DNA of 47,686 nt from Bigelowiella natans CCMP2755 (Eukaryota > Protista > Cercozoa): NCBI GenBank assembly GCA_000320545.1, contig ADNK01003494.1:1-47686 (forward strand), in the 5' to 3' direction. The position numbers and the translations under genes were made by a program. The first letter of the stretch is position 1. Each line of letters opens with the position of its first letter. Below the pieces are notes generated by a model, which was not told where the DNA came from, did no database searches, and saw only the letters and a program-made list of their open reading frames with translations. Shown in pieces: positions 36,782 through 47,686 of the stretch.

Positions 36782-37695
36782 TGCAGGGAAGAAGAGAAAC
36801 CAAAGGATAGGAGTAGCATATAATAGTAGAAAAATCTTCTTGATAACGACTCCCCCCCCCCCCCCCCCTCCCTTTTTGCTCTCTTCGTGTTAGCAACAGA
36901 AACAACATAAATACATAATAATAAGAAGATCGATAGATACCCAAATTTGAAGTCTCTTCCCATCAGAGGTCTCAATAGGAGCAAACAAGAAGTTCCTTGG
37001 TGGTGACCTGTAATAGTGGTAGCAGTAGTAGGAGGAGGAGGAGGAGGAGGATGAGGAGTATTAGTCGTAGTAGTATTAGTAGCAGCTGTCCATGCCAAGT
37101 TAATACTCATACAATGAGTCATAAATAACAACTATCACGATTGTTGTGGGTGCACGATCTAGCGGTGGCGAGATCCTGTGGCGATTTGCCCCTTTGCCTT
37201 GTTCATCATTACTAACTTCTCACTTTTAAAAAACGATCGTCACTAGTTTCTATTTACTCCAACTTAATAATAACCAACCCGAAAGGAATGAGTTCCGAAG
37301 TCGTTGATATCTTATAGCTAATTTCAAATGCGCGCTCCTAGAAAAAGCAGCATGGAAGTCTCCATTAATAATATGGACAAATCACAGAGGTTTGGTCACA
37401 ACTTAGCGCATTGATGAGACGAATCTGTTTAGTTACTTCCACTGTTTTTATGATTCGATGCTCTCCTCATTGTTTCTAAGCAACAAATGGGGGATCGGAC
37501 CCCCTTCTTACCTCGCTTTCTCCTCTTTCGATATCAGCGCGTCTAATATTCATAATATAAACCAGAAATGTAGACAGCCCACTTGTATTATGCTTACAAT
37601 TGATGATCACGCAACACACTGCACACTGCTACTGTTTACAAAGGATGACATTTCTCGTCGTCCCGCTTCCCTCCCACATTAAAACCAGCAGCACG

Positions 37696-39014
37696 TTACA
37701 GGCTCAATGCCATGGGGAAAGGGAACCCAACCACATCTACACTGACACCATCGTATACGCTATTAATAATAATAGCAATATCAATATTACTATTAATAAT
37801 AATGATAACGAAGTGAAAACAGCTGCAGGAGAACATCAACCTGCACAACTGGGCAGCAGGGAGTATCTTAGCGTACGAGTACACGGAACGGATAAGAATC
37901 AGTATGTTCTTCTTCACGTTTTCCCAAGAGGCCGTCGCCTTCTTCAGTGCGCCAGCAGCATGCACGTCGTACTTTATACCCCACCTTTAAAGAGCAGGGT
38001 GTCATTTAAACATTACTATGGTGAAGTACAAGCCGAAGAGCAGGGTGTCATTTAAACATTACTATGGTGAAACGCAGCACTGGCGGCACGAAAGGAAGAA
38101 TAAAGACAACGCACGCGCAACTATGATCATCACTACAACATGTCAATAGCCATCACTACATCACCGTTACCTTTCTAATAAGACTAGTTCTTCGTCGTTT
38201 GCTCTATTCTTACGAGGGTGTAGCAGTATATCGATGCTGAATGGTGTAGCACAACACGTATTTTATCACACGGCCAGATCCCAAAAACCTTGCACAAGGG
38301 CTTAATTTGCGATTCTATGCCAACATTAAATAACCTGATCAGTGCGTGAGGGTCCCTCTCCATGGCAGCTTCGAGTTTCTCCCTAATTAGAAACAAAACG
38401 GAAACAATTTTACTCTACTGATTTCACGAATTTAACGGAAATTTAATTCCATTTCCGTCATACTCTTTACTTCGTCAATTTTCTAACCCTACACGATGCA
38501 TACATGTGAAATGGACAAAAACGACTTGGAACGTACGCACGTTATCGATTTATAAGAAAACGTGGGAAGTGATAACAACAAGTAATCCTCCCACCGGTGA
38601 TTTCACTACGACTCAAAATTCGTTTTTACCTCACTGTTTGGTCCTCGTCGATATCAAACCGGACAAGGTTATTTCGTTGACGCTTGCGTGGTACAGGTTT
38701 AGCTTTATTGGAGGATTTGGGGAGGCTGGTGGAAGGATGTTCGGAAGACCGGAAGTTGCTGGGTAGGGTGCGAGCTTGCACCACCACTTGTGCTACCGTA
38801 TGCATACAGTTCTGTACTGCATGGTACATCTGCATTGTTTCTGCGTCTCAAATGAGGAGGCCCCGAAGTCCTCACTTCCGCGCCTTCCCAAAGTCAATCG
38901 CTGAGTGGAACAGAATGGATAGAGGGGGGACGTAGAAAGAAGGAATTTCTTGGTATCCTGTTCATGAGCAACGCCAAAGAAAAATAACCTAAATGAGAAG
39001 GAAATACACAGCAT
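37696..39014 (-). CDS. Exons of a hypothetical protein (possibly the 5' end of the preceding gene)
   Basis: Non-repetitive open segments REKLEAAMERDPHALIRLFNVGIESQIKPLCKVF.., MYHAVQNCMHTVAQVVVQAR.., YDVHAAGALKKATASWENVKKNILIL with splice-like borders; divergent from the RBM34-like gene. Confidence 0.35.
37990..38071. repeat. Perfect 36-bp direct repeat with 10-bp spacer
   Basis: aagagcagggtgtcatttaaacattactatggtgaa at 37990-38025 and 38036-38071. Confidence 0.95.
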
Positions 39015-39405
39015 TTCATAATTTTATTACAGCGAAAAATAGAGATGAGAAAGGAATTTAAGACATGTCGAAAATCTTGTCGCTAACTTTAAATTGGTTA
39101 AAATATTGAATGGCCTAAATACATTACATGCGACAATGAATTTCTATCTTAAATTGAGTAGATTAGGATAGTCCGTCCGTCCGGCAGAAAGCAGCATAGC
39201 ACGCCGACCCACGCGGTGTGAGAACAACTTCGCTTTTACCGCCATTATTCTACTCTCTCCTTCCTTCTCCGAGACATACATGTAGAGACTGTTCTTCGAG
39301 GTCTTTAAACACGGCGGGGTTGATCATTAATACGAGCATTGGCACCATCGTCATCAGCAGCAGCATCATCAGCAGCATCAGGAACAGCAGAAAGCAGCGG
39401 TGAAC

Positions 39406-40139
39406 ATGTTCGAAGATTACGTCCCTGGGCAGTTGCAGGAAGTCTTTAATTCCCCCGATACTTGCGAGCAGCTAACACCGAAGTCGAATGAGACCAAAAA
39501 GACGAAGAAAAAGAAGAAGAAGGAGAAGGTTATCCTTGAAATTTTTTGTGCGGGGTCGCAAAAATAGCTTCCCCCCCCCATGCCCCTCCTGTTCCTGTGT
39601 TGGCTTTTGTTGCAAAAATCACATACGTAGGCCGCATATATATTACGTTGTTTGTTGAACAAACATGTTTATGATCAAAATGCTCCTCCTAATTCCTTCT
39701 AGGACGATGAATCTGGAAAGAGTAAGGCAAAAAGTACCACAGAGGAGGAGGGAGGGACACAGGATGGGAGTGAGCTAGATGGACAAGTGAAAGAGAGGGG
39801 GAAAACTACAAAGAAGGCAGAGAGCAAAAGTAAGAACAAAAAGAAAGGTGGACGGAAACTTGGTAAGGAAAATGGTGGTGGAAAGTCATCGGTGGGAGGG
39901 CTGCAGGAGGAGCGCAGTAGCCTCTCAGATAAGAAGGATCAAGGTGATGATGATAATGATGACGTCGAAGGATTAGGCTCGGCAGATACCACAAATAGGG
40001 AGACAGCGACGGAATCTCATAAGAAAAAGAAGAAAAAGCAGAGAAAAAAGCAAGGGAAAGGAAATAATGAAGTAAAGAAGAAAGGTTGGAGCATTTATTT
40101 ATGCATATATTATGTTTGTGTGTGTGTGTGTGTGTGTGT

Positions 40140-40236
<97 letters not shown>

Positions 40237-41530
40237 ACAAATAAAAATATCACCAATGTCGTCATCTTAGCCATGCACAAGATTTATACGCATAGCTTAC
40301 AACAAACACGCCCACAGCACACGAATGTAGCTCATTTTTTACACAAATATCGTAACGCTGGTTATCTATTGTAGACACGCATCTGAAAAGGAAAGAAGAA
40401 GAAGAAGAAGATGATGATGATGAAGATGAGACGAATAAGAAAGAAACTATGGCGGATCAAGATCCAGAGGCAGAAGCTTCTACCATACAGAAGAAGAAGA
40501 ACAAGAAGGACAAGAACAAGAAAGCAAAGAGCAGCAGCAACAAGGACATCAATGAACGTGAGCGCAGAACTATTTTCGTCGGTAATGTTCCCGTGTCAAT
40601 GAAGAAGGCAGAGCTGCGGGCGATATTCAAAGTGTTCGGTTTTATCGAATCGATTCGCTTACGTTCCATCGGATTCAAGGACCCCTCTGTGCCCCGCATG
40701 GTCACTGTGAGAGCATTCTTCACTTCTTTACTGCTAATTATGAATTAGTTATGTATTAGTTGTTTAATGAATCGTTTCTGCGCTGAGATGCTACGAAAGA
40801 GGAAGAGGGGAGGGGGGTTGCGGGGGATTAGAAAAGAGGCGAGGTGATTCGTAAGGTGTTTTTTTGTGTCTCTCGTAGTAGGATCAGAGTTTCTATGATA
40901 CCGTCTAGATATCCCCCCTCCCCTCCTCCTCCTCCTCCTCCTCCTCCTCCTCCTCCTCCTCTTCCTCCTTGTTCTCCTTCCGCTCATGTAGTGGCTGCAA
41001 TATTCGAACAGGTGGCATTGAGTAAGAAACAGTTCCATGACCGGAGGCACTCAATGAATGCATACGTCGTTTTTCTCGAGGAGAAAGCTGCTGAATCAGC
41101 GTTGGAAGCTAATGGGTAATAATGGCAGTAGTAGCAGTAGTAGTAGTTGTTGTTGTTGTAGTAGTATCAAGTATTTAATGTCTATGAGCAATCAATTGCT
41201 TGATGTTATGCTAGGAGGAGGAGGAGTCTAATAAGCTAGGGTGAAATGAAAATATATAGTTTTTAGTAAAGCAATTGGGGCGCCATGGCTGCATGAATCA
41301 CAACCCAACTGCCTCTTTTTCATATTACTGACGACGCCATTGATGCTTTCCTAAAACTAGGCACAAAGTCACGGCCAAAGTGACGAATCCGAGCAAAAGG
41401 GGCGGCGAGGAAGGGGGGGCGGTAGATGAGGAGGAGGAGGAGGACTTCTACCTGCGTGTGGATAGAGCTTCGGGGCCAAAAACGAGTGTTGATAATTCCA
41501 AATCGATATTCGTTGGAAACTTGCCATATG

Positions 41531-41561
<31 letters not shown>

Positions 41562-42413
41562 CGATTGTGGTGATAGTAATGCCAAGTGCTAAAAGCTTGC
41601 TACAAAATCGATGACGACACAGACGATGATAATGTCGGGAAAAATAAAGAAAACGATAGAATTCATGAGAGATGCTTGGAGTTTTTAAAGCCCCATATAC
41701 ACTCCTTCCAGATGGCATTCCATTTCTTGTTTAGTCAGCCAATGGTGGTACAATGAAAATCATCAATAGTCTCGTCTGTATCAACTCGAGGTGCTAGCTG
41801 TTCAGATCAGATATGGCCTCTTTTCCCTTCACAATTCTACATGAGTAGGCTGGAGGGTGACTTTGACCTTTCTCTAACGCTGCTGCTTTACCTTGTGTGT
41901 GTCGTAGATGCACAGGAAAACGACGTTCGTCGCCACTTCCAGGGATGTGGAGAGATCATCAACGTGCGGTTGATTCGAGACCGTCGGCTCAATGTCGGCA
42001 AGGGGTTTGGCTACGTGTCCTTCAGAACAAAGAGCGCGGCAACGACTGCACGTTTGCTGCACGAGACGGAGTTTCGAGGGAGGAAGCTTCGTGTTTTTGC
42101 CAGTACTGATAAACCCAAGAAACCTGCCAGCTCTTCCTCCCCCGCACCGGCGACCGGCAAAAAGGGGCGAGCCGCTGAGAAAAACAGAAAAGGCTTTGAG
42201 AGAAGGACAAAGAAGAGAAAAGGGATTAGTTCCGATGCCAGTGACGCCAACAAGAAGCACAAATTCTCCGGCGAATACTCGTCCAAAAAAGATGCAGAAG
42301 CAAGGCTGAAGAGAAAGAAGAAAAAACAGAAGCACCAGCAGAGAAAGAAAAAATTTCTTCGAAATAACTCGGGGCAAAGCAACAAAAGACCTCGGCAAAA
42401 ATCAAATGCTTGA
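39406..42413 (+). CDS. RBM34: RBM34/Nop12-like nucleolar two-RRM protein (multi-exon)
   Basis: N-terminal MFEDYVPGQL and Lys-rich region; RRM1 RTIFVGNVP...FGFIESIRLRS...SMNAYVVF; LRVDRA; RRM2 SIFVGNLPY...CGEIINVRLIRDRRLNVGKGFGYVSF...FRGRKLRV; basic C-terminal tail. Confidence 0.88.
40118..40233. repeat. Compound intronic microsatellite (TG)n(TA)n(GA)n
   Basis: Direct reading; similar CA/TA compound tracts at ~3096-3172 and ~7790-7891. Confidence 0.95.
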
Positions 42414-43546
42414 CAAAATCCTGTTGCGTGAATGAACTATGTACCGTAGGCCAATAGTGCATCTTGCATCCACCATGATTGTGACCTTATGTGCTGCACA
42501 TGATATGATCTAGATGATGTGTTGCGCACCTCTCTAGACCTCCTGTCGTACCATGCTAGCATGCGTTCGGAAAGTGTGGACGTCAATCAACAAGTTAGCG
42601 AACAGGCTTTTTCTAGTTTTGTCTAGCTGTGCCCATTGTTTTATTCTGGTATTGGTAAAAACATGCAGCACTTCATCGTCTAGTTGTGTCTAGTGCGTGA
42701 GCATGGATGGATGCACCCACACGTTCTTACATGCTTTGTGCAGCATATATTGCAGATCCTGTCTAGCAATATGCGCGAATGCACCACGTAGCACATACTA
42801 GCTTGATGATGATCTGCAACGGCAATTCATTCCCCGCTAGCGCGTGACCACAGCTAGACGGACTAGCTAGCTAGCTAGCAGGCGCGCGCAAAGCGTGGAT
42901 TTAATCTAGGAATAAATCTGAAGGCAGTTCTCTTGTGCGCGTACACACCAATATCATGCATTCTAGCATTCTAGCATTGCAGTTGTTCCTCCGCCTTTCC
43001 TACGCACATCCTTTATTCGGCAATATAATCTCTTTAATGGGGTTGTTCCGCCTCGCTCTTTTGGACAGATGATTAAACAGTAATCGATACGTATATACGC
43101 GGTACGTGACAATCGTGGGCTGCCATCTAGCCATGGCAGTCGTGTTTCCTTTGTATTTGTTGTCTTTGGAGCTAGATCTCCTGAAAAGCAGACACACTAG
43201 CTGCTGCATGCATGAACCTGACGCAGCTATGTTCCCTCGCAAGCGTAGCCCGCATTTGACTCTGTTGCATCTACATTGTTCGTTGTGCGTGTCTCGCGGC
43301 TATGCGTGCGGATGTGCAGCCCAACGACGCATGGTAGCATGGCATGATGCTACAAAGCATTTGTGCATCTCTGCAAGTGCCAATAATGATCGATGCGCAT
43401 GCCTACCTTCCTTTTTTCATTTCCACGGAAGAATGAATTAATTTCATTTTGGTATGTAGATACACGTGAATACACGACTCATTATTTTACAGTAGCGCAT
43501 ATAAAGTGAAAGCACGCTCCACTTCAGTGTCGCACGTTTGGTCTCG

Positions 43547-46384
43547 CTATCTAGACGGAGAGTGCGAGAATATATCTGGAATCTCGACGTCTTTAAACAA
43601 TGGCGACGAGATTGACGGGGCGTGGTGCTGGGGAATGATAATGTCCTCTTCCTTGAAGGAGGAGGGTGACGATATAGAGAGGACGTCATGGTGAGGTGGG
43701 AGAGCAGTGGAACTGGCTCTATCTCCAACACTACCAGCACTAACATCATAATTGCTGATTTCCATCATCTTATCCCCCCCCTCGGCCTTCACCGCATTGT
43801 AATGATGACGCGTGGGCAACCTGCCCAACATCGTGAGCGAGCCTTTCTTCTCCTCAGTAGTCCTGTTTCTCTTCTTCGCTCGATAGTTGTTTTGCACCAT
43901 GATAGCGGCGCTTTTGAGCTTTTGATATTCGCGACGAATGCGCCTGGTACGGAACTTCTTCTGGATAATGACAGCAGCATCGTGGCTGCGCTTTAGAGAT
44001 TTCCTGACCAGCATGCCCCTCATCACCTGAGAATGGATGAATTCGGCAAACAGTGAGGATGATAACGATGGTGATGGAGATGACCATGGAAATGCGACAC
44101 GATGCCCTTATTCGCACTGGAAAAACATTTCTACCAATTAAATTTAGGAACAACTCAAACATCAACGATGACGCCTTTGTGCAGCTCTTCTACACGTTTG
44201 AATTAAGCTTCATGCTAACAAATGTGATATCGTTGTTTTTTGGGAGAACGATCTTATGTTCTTATAACCCCCCCACCTTCTGGAGTTTGTTGGCGGCTTC
44301 ATGCCTCCTGTACAACCACGATCGAAACTGCCGTTGTATTCGTTCCGCGGCACTTGTGAATATCTCGTCTGTCACCGGCTCAGGCCCGTCTATATCGCTG
44401 GTGTTGATCCCCATATCACGGAGTGTTATTGAGGAGAACGCCAGGCCGAGTTTGACGGTTTCTGCATCGTCGTCATCATCGTCATTATCATCATCAGCAG
44501 CATCATCACCATCATCCTGGTGATTCACCATGCCTCTACCTGGATTCCTACTACCAGCATACCCGCTGCCATTTGCATCATCGTCGGCGTTACCATTGTA
44601 GCCCTCTCTGGAGGTGCTCTCCGTTGGCTTCCCCCCCTCCCCTATCTCGCTTCCTATCTCCATCCTCCACGCCGCCGCTGCTGGCTTGTTCGTTGTTAGA
44701 GCCCCCCCTCCTTTTCTTTCATCAGATGATGATGATATCGTCGCCTTATTATCCTCTTCCATGCTCCGTACCCTTTGCAGGCCTGAGTTGTTCTCAGCGA
44801 TTCTTTCGTCTCCCAAAACCGGGCCATCGCTGCCACCGCGGAGATAATCATCTTCTTGTGGTGACAGGGGAGAGGGGAGGGGGAAAGTTGAGGAGCGTGG
44901 TGTTGTGGGGGGGGAGGAAACAGTAGAAGAAGAGGACGATAAAGGGACAAACCGGTACTCGACTTTCTCTGTTTCAATACGTCCGTCAGTAAGATACACA
45001 TCCACCGATATACTTCTCGTATTTCTAAGGAAAAGCGGGGAGTCACTCCCCCACCCCCCTTCCCCCGTGTTGCCCCTTCGGTCCAGGTATCTAGTTGTTG
45101 CGCGGTGGTGGTGGGGGAGGGGGAGGTTAGCGCTGCCGCTGCTGCTGCTGGTGCTGAATCGATTTTTGGGATTGATGAAGCTGCTGCTGGGTATTGTTGT
45201 AGACGTAGTAGCATCGTATCTAATATACGTTTCAGGAGACGTCGATATAGCCGGAGAAACCTAATGTCAGGAGGAGGCGTGACAAGCTGCAAAGTGAAAA
45301 TGCACGGTTCTACTATGGAGGCTACTCATTACGTCAGCAGCATTCTAATAGACCGCATTATCATCATCATCGTCATCATCATCATCATCATTATCGTTAC
45401 CCGATAAACGTTTGGTGCGACTCTCTCAGCTTTACATCTTCGGTCACCGAACATCGCCCACATCGAGGAGGAGGAGGAGGAGGAGGAAGAGGAGGAAGAG
45501 GAGGAAGAGGAGGCTGATGAAGACTTCAATAACGATGACGACGACGGTGACGATGATGATGATGGTGATGATGATCGCCTCAGAGCTCTCTCCGCACTTG
45601 AGGATGCGGGGGTGGGTTCTAACACGAAGAGTACTTTCCCACCTCCTGGAAGGAAGCTCCAGTTTGGCGAGTAGTCTATAATCCTCCTTTTTCTCGGCAC
45701 ATGATTCATCGACACTTTTCTATCTTTCATCGATTTTCGCCCCACTCTTCGAACGGAAGAAGGAGCCATGCCCTTCATAGCAGATCTCGTAGGAAAGGGA
45801 GATACCTCCATCGCCTCATTTTCCTGCTGCTGCTGCTGCTGCTGTGCGCTCTTGGGAACTCCCCCCTCTTCTTCCCGAAACACTTTCATTGCTGCAGTGT
45901 TCGTGGAGGAGGGCGAAGAACCAATGCGTTTCTTAGAATTGTTCATGTAGTGCACCAGAATTATGTCAGGATGAGCAAGAAGCCAATAGCCTCTTCGGTG
46001 AAAGGTAGGAAGAGCCTTGTGCACGTTGTAACAGCACTTCATCGAGGCGTGCCTTCCCATCTTATTGAACTTAAGACGCATGTGAGAGTCGTTCTTCTGC
46101 CGCCATTCATAGCCGTCCTTGCGCCAAAAGCGGGTTTGGGTTCGGTCAAAGAGAAACAACGAGCCGGGGATTGGTTGGTGTAGAGGCCTGTCTTGGATCT
46201 TGATATGGCCGCCATTTCCGTGCTCCAGCGCCCACACTATCTCCTCTTTCAGCAGCCATCGCGACCTGCTTGCCTCACACAGCTTCAACCATTGATTTCG
46301 GACGGAAATATCCGGCAATGGGGCGGAGAGGGAGGCGTTGCATTTCGCGTCGTTGGCGTGAGCACCATCACCACTCACCTCCAT
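43547..46384 (-). CDS. CAMTA: CAMTA-like calmodulin-binding transcription activator (CG-1, TIG, IQ motifs)
   Basis: CG-1: RWLLKEEI...GSLFLFDR...FWRKDGYEWR...FHRRGYWLL..PDIILVHY. TIG: IIDYSPNWSFLPGGGKVL...MFGD...AERVAPNVYR, 26-nt micro-exon LVTPPPDIR (~45261-45286), then SVDVYLTD...EYRF. IQ: IQRQFRSW, LQKVMRGM, IQKKFRTR, VQNNYRAK. Confidence 0.88.
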
Positions 46385-46812
46385 TATTTATCGGAAGTGG
46401 AGTGGGCGATGAGCGTTTACTTACTACTTAAAAATGCCTCCGCCTCCGCCTCCTTCCCCTCTTCGTTTGATGGGTGTGTGATGTATGAAACCTTCGTGGT
46501 GGTGGAGGAGGATTGTGTTCGGAGCGACAAATCCTTCAGAAAGACAAATATTTTAGATAAAAATATGACCTAAATACATCTATATATACGATTATAATTG
46601 TTTTATATATCAACCAAAATGTGGCTGCTGGAGTTCTGAGTCATAGGAAATTATCATCATTTATTTACGATCTTCGTAGGTGTAATTATTTGTCTTTGAG
46701 AATTTGATGGAATTGCCTTGATATTTAGAGTGAGACAAGGAATTATGGATGTTTATCGTACAAATCACTCCTTTTTATTCGGCAGCCGCACCCCTCGCCA
46801 GCCCGACACGAA

Positions 46813-47117
46813 ATGGAGGAAGACGACGCTTCAGATGAGCAGGTTGGTGAATCTATGGCTTTAGAAGGGATGGTGAAAGTTGCTAAGAGGGTTGTTAATG
46901 GATTCTTACGTGGATTGAGTCCTCTTAAAGGGTTGACTAGAGAGAGAGAGAGAGAATGTGTGTCTCCTTGTGCGTGCTCGTGGAGACGACGAAGATACAA
47001 CGGGCCGATAATGAATGATTATGATGATGATGACGATGAACATGATGATGATGATGATGATGATGATGGAAATCGGGAGAAAAAAAGAAAGATAGCAGGA
47101 GGAGGGGGGGGAGAAGT

Positions 47118-47154
<37 letters not shown>

Positions 47155-47686
47155 CTAGATCAGAGGGGCATTGTTTAAGAAGCTCAGAATATATCACTGG
47201 GTAAAGCAGGGGGGGGGAGGTTTTTGCTTCAACTTCCAAATGGAGGACGATGAGGATTCGAAGGAAGGCAACATGGAAGGAGGTGAACATAAAAACGAAG
47301 AATCATCGCTACCGCTAAGCTGCCGTCCCGACGAAAGCAGCTCCTCCCCCAAGAGGTGACCATTTCGTTCAGTATTTTATAGGAAATATTTCTCACGATA
47401 TCAGACCATCACGGATATCCAGCATCCTCACTAGTCTATCAGAAAGTCTCATCGTTTGGATCTGTGTGGAATAGAATGGACGAATCGGTGTCGTGCTCGA
47501 CTGACGACTGGAAAGTGCTAGACGCCTCCTCGATATACCGCCTTTTGATCGTGTACTTGCGAGCTGATTCCCGTAAGAATTTGGACATCACGCTCGATGA
47601 GATGGAGCAAATATTAGCGCAAAAGAAGAAGCAGAAGGGGGGTCAATGCAAAAATGAGAGGGGAGATACCGACAAGAAGAAGGTAG
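46813..47686 (+). CDS. 5' part of a hypothetical multi-exon protein, running off the window
   Basis: Open segments MEEDDASDEQ..RVVNGFLRG, LFKKLRIYHWVKQ.., and a long AG-preceded exon 47383-47682 (EIFLTISDHHGYPASSLVY..); divergent from CAMTA. Confidence 0.45.

Noticed and set aside
37990-38071. CRISPR-like 36-bp repeats
   Set aside because: Only two copies, a 10-bp spacer, eukaryotic intronic context and no cas genes.

Overview
Eukaryotic (protist-like), AT-rich, intron- and microsatellite-rich window. The centrepiece is an intact Ty3/gypsy-type LTR retrotransposon (20270-25988) with two identical 327-bp LTRs, a 4-bp CGAG target-site duplication, PBS, PPT, gag and a +1-frame pol (PR-RT-RH-IN). 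Its integrase is unusual: it has D-X27-E catalytic spacing and ends in a ~125-aa domain that looks like a degenerate DIRS/phage-Dam-type N6-adenine methyltransferase fold, where chromoviruses carry a chromodomain. The element sits inside an old ORF that appears decayed by CpG deamination, next to one of four CTAG/GCATGC-rich intergenic islands. Host genes are a multi-exon Kv channel locus that seems to carry two tandem 6TM/GYG domains (-), a signal-peptide-bearing protein with two SpoVS-like domains (+), an RBM34/NOP12-like two-RRM protein (+), a CAMTA-like CG-1/TIG/IQ transcription factor without ankyrins (-), and several unidentified multi-exon genes. All homology calls are by-eye motif recognition and exon boundaries are manual. 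No searches were run.
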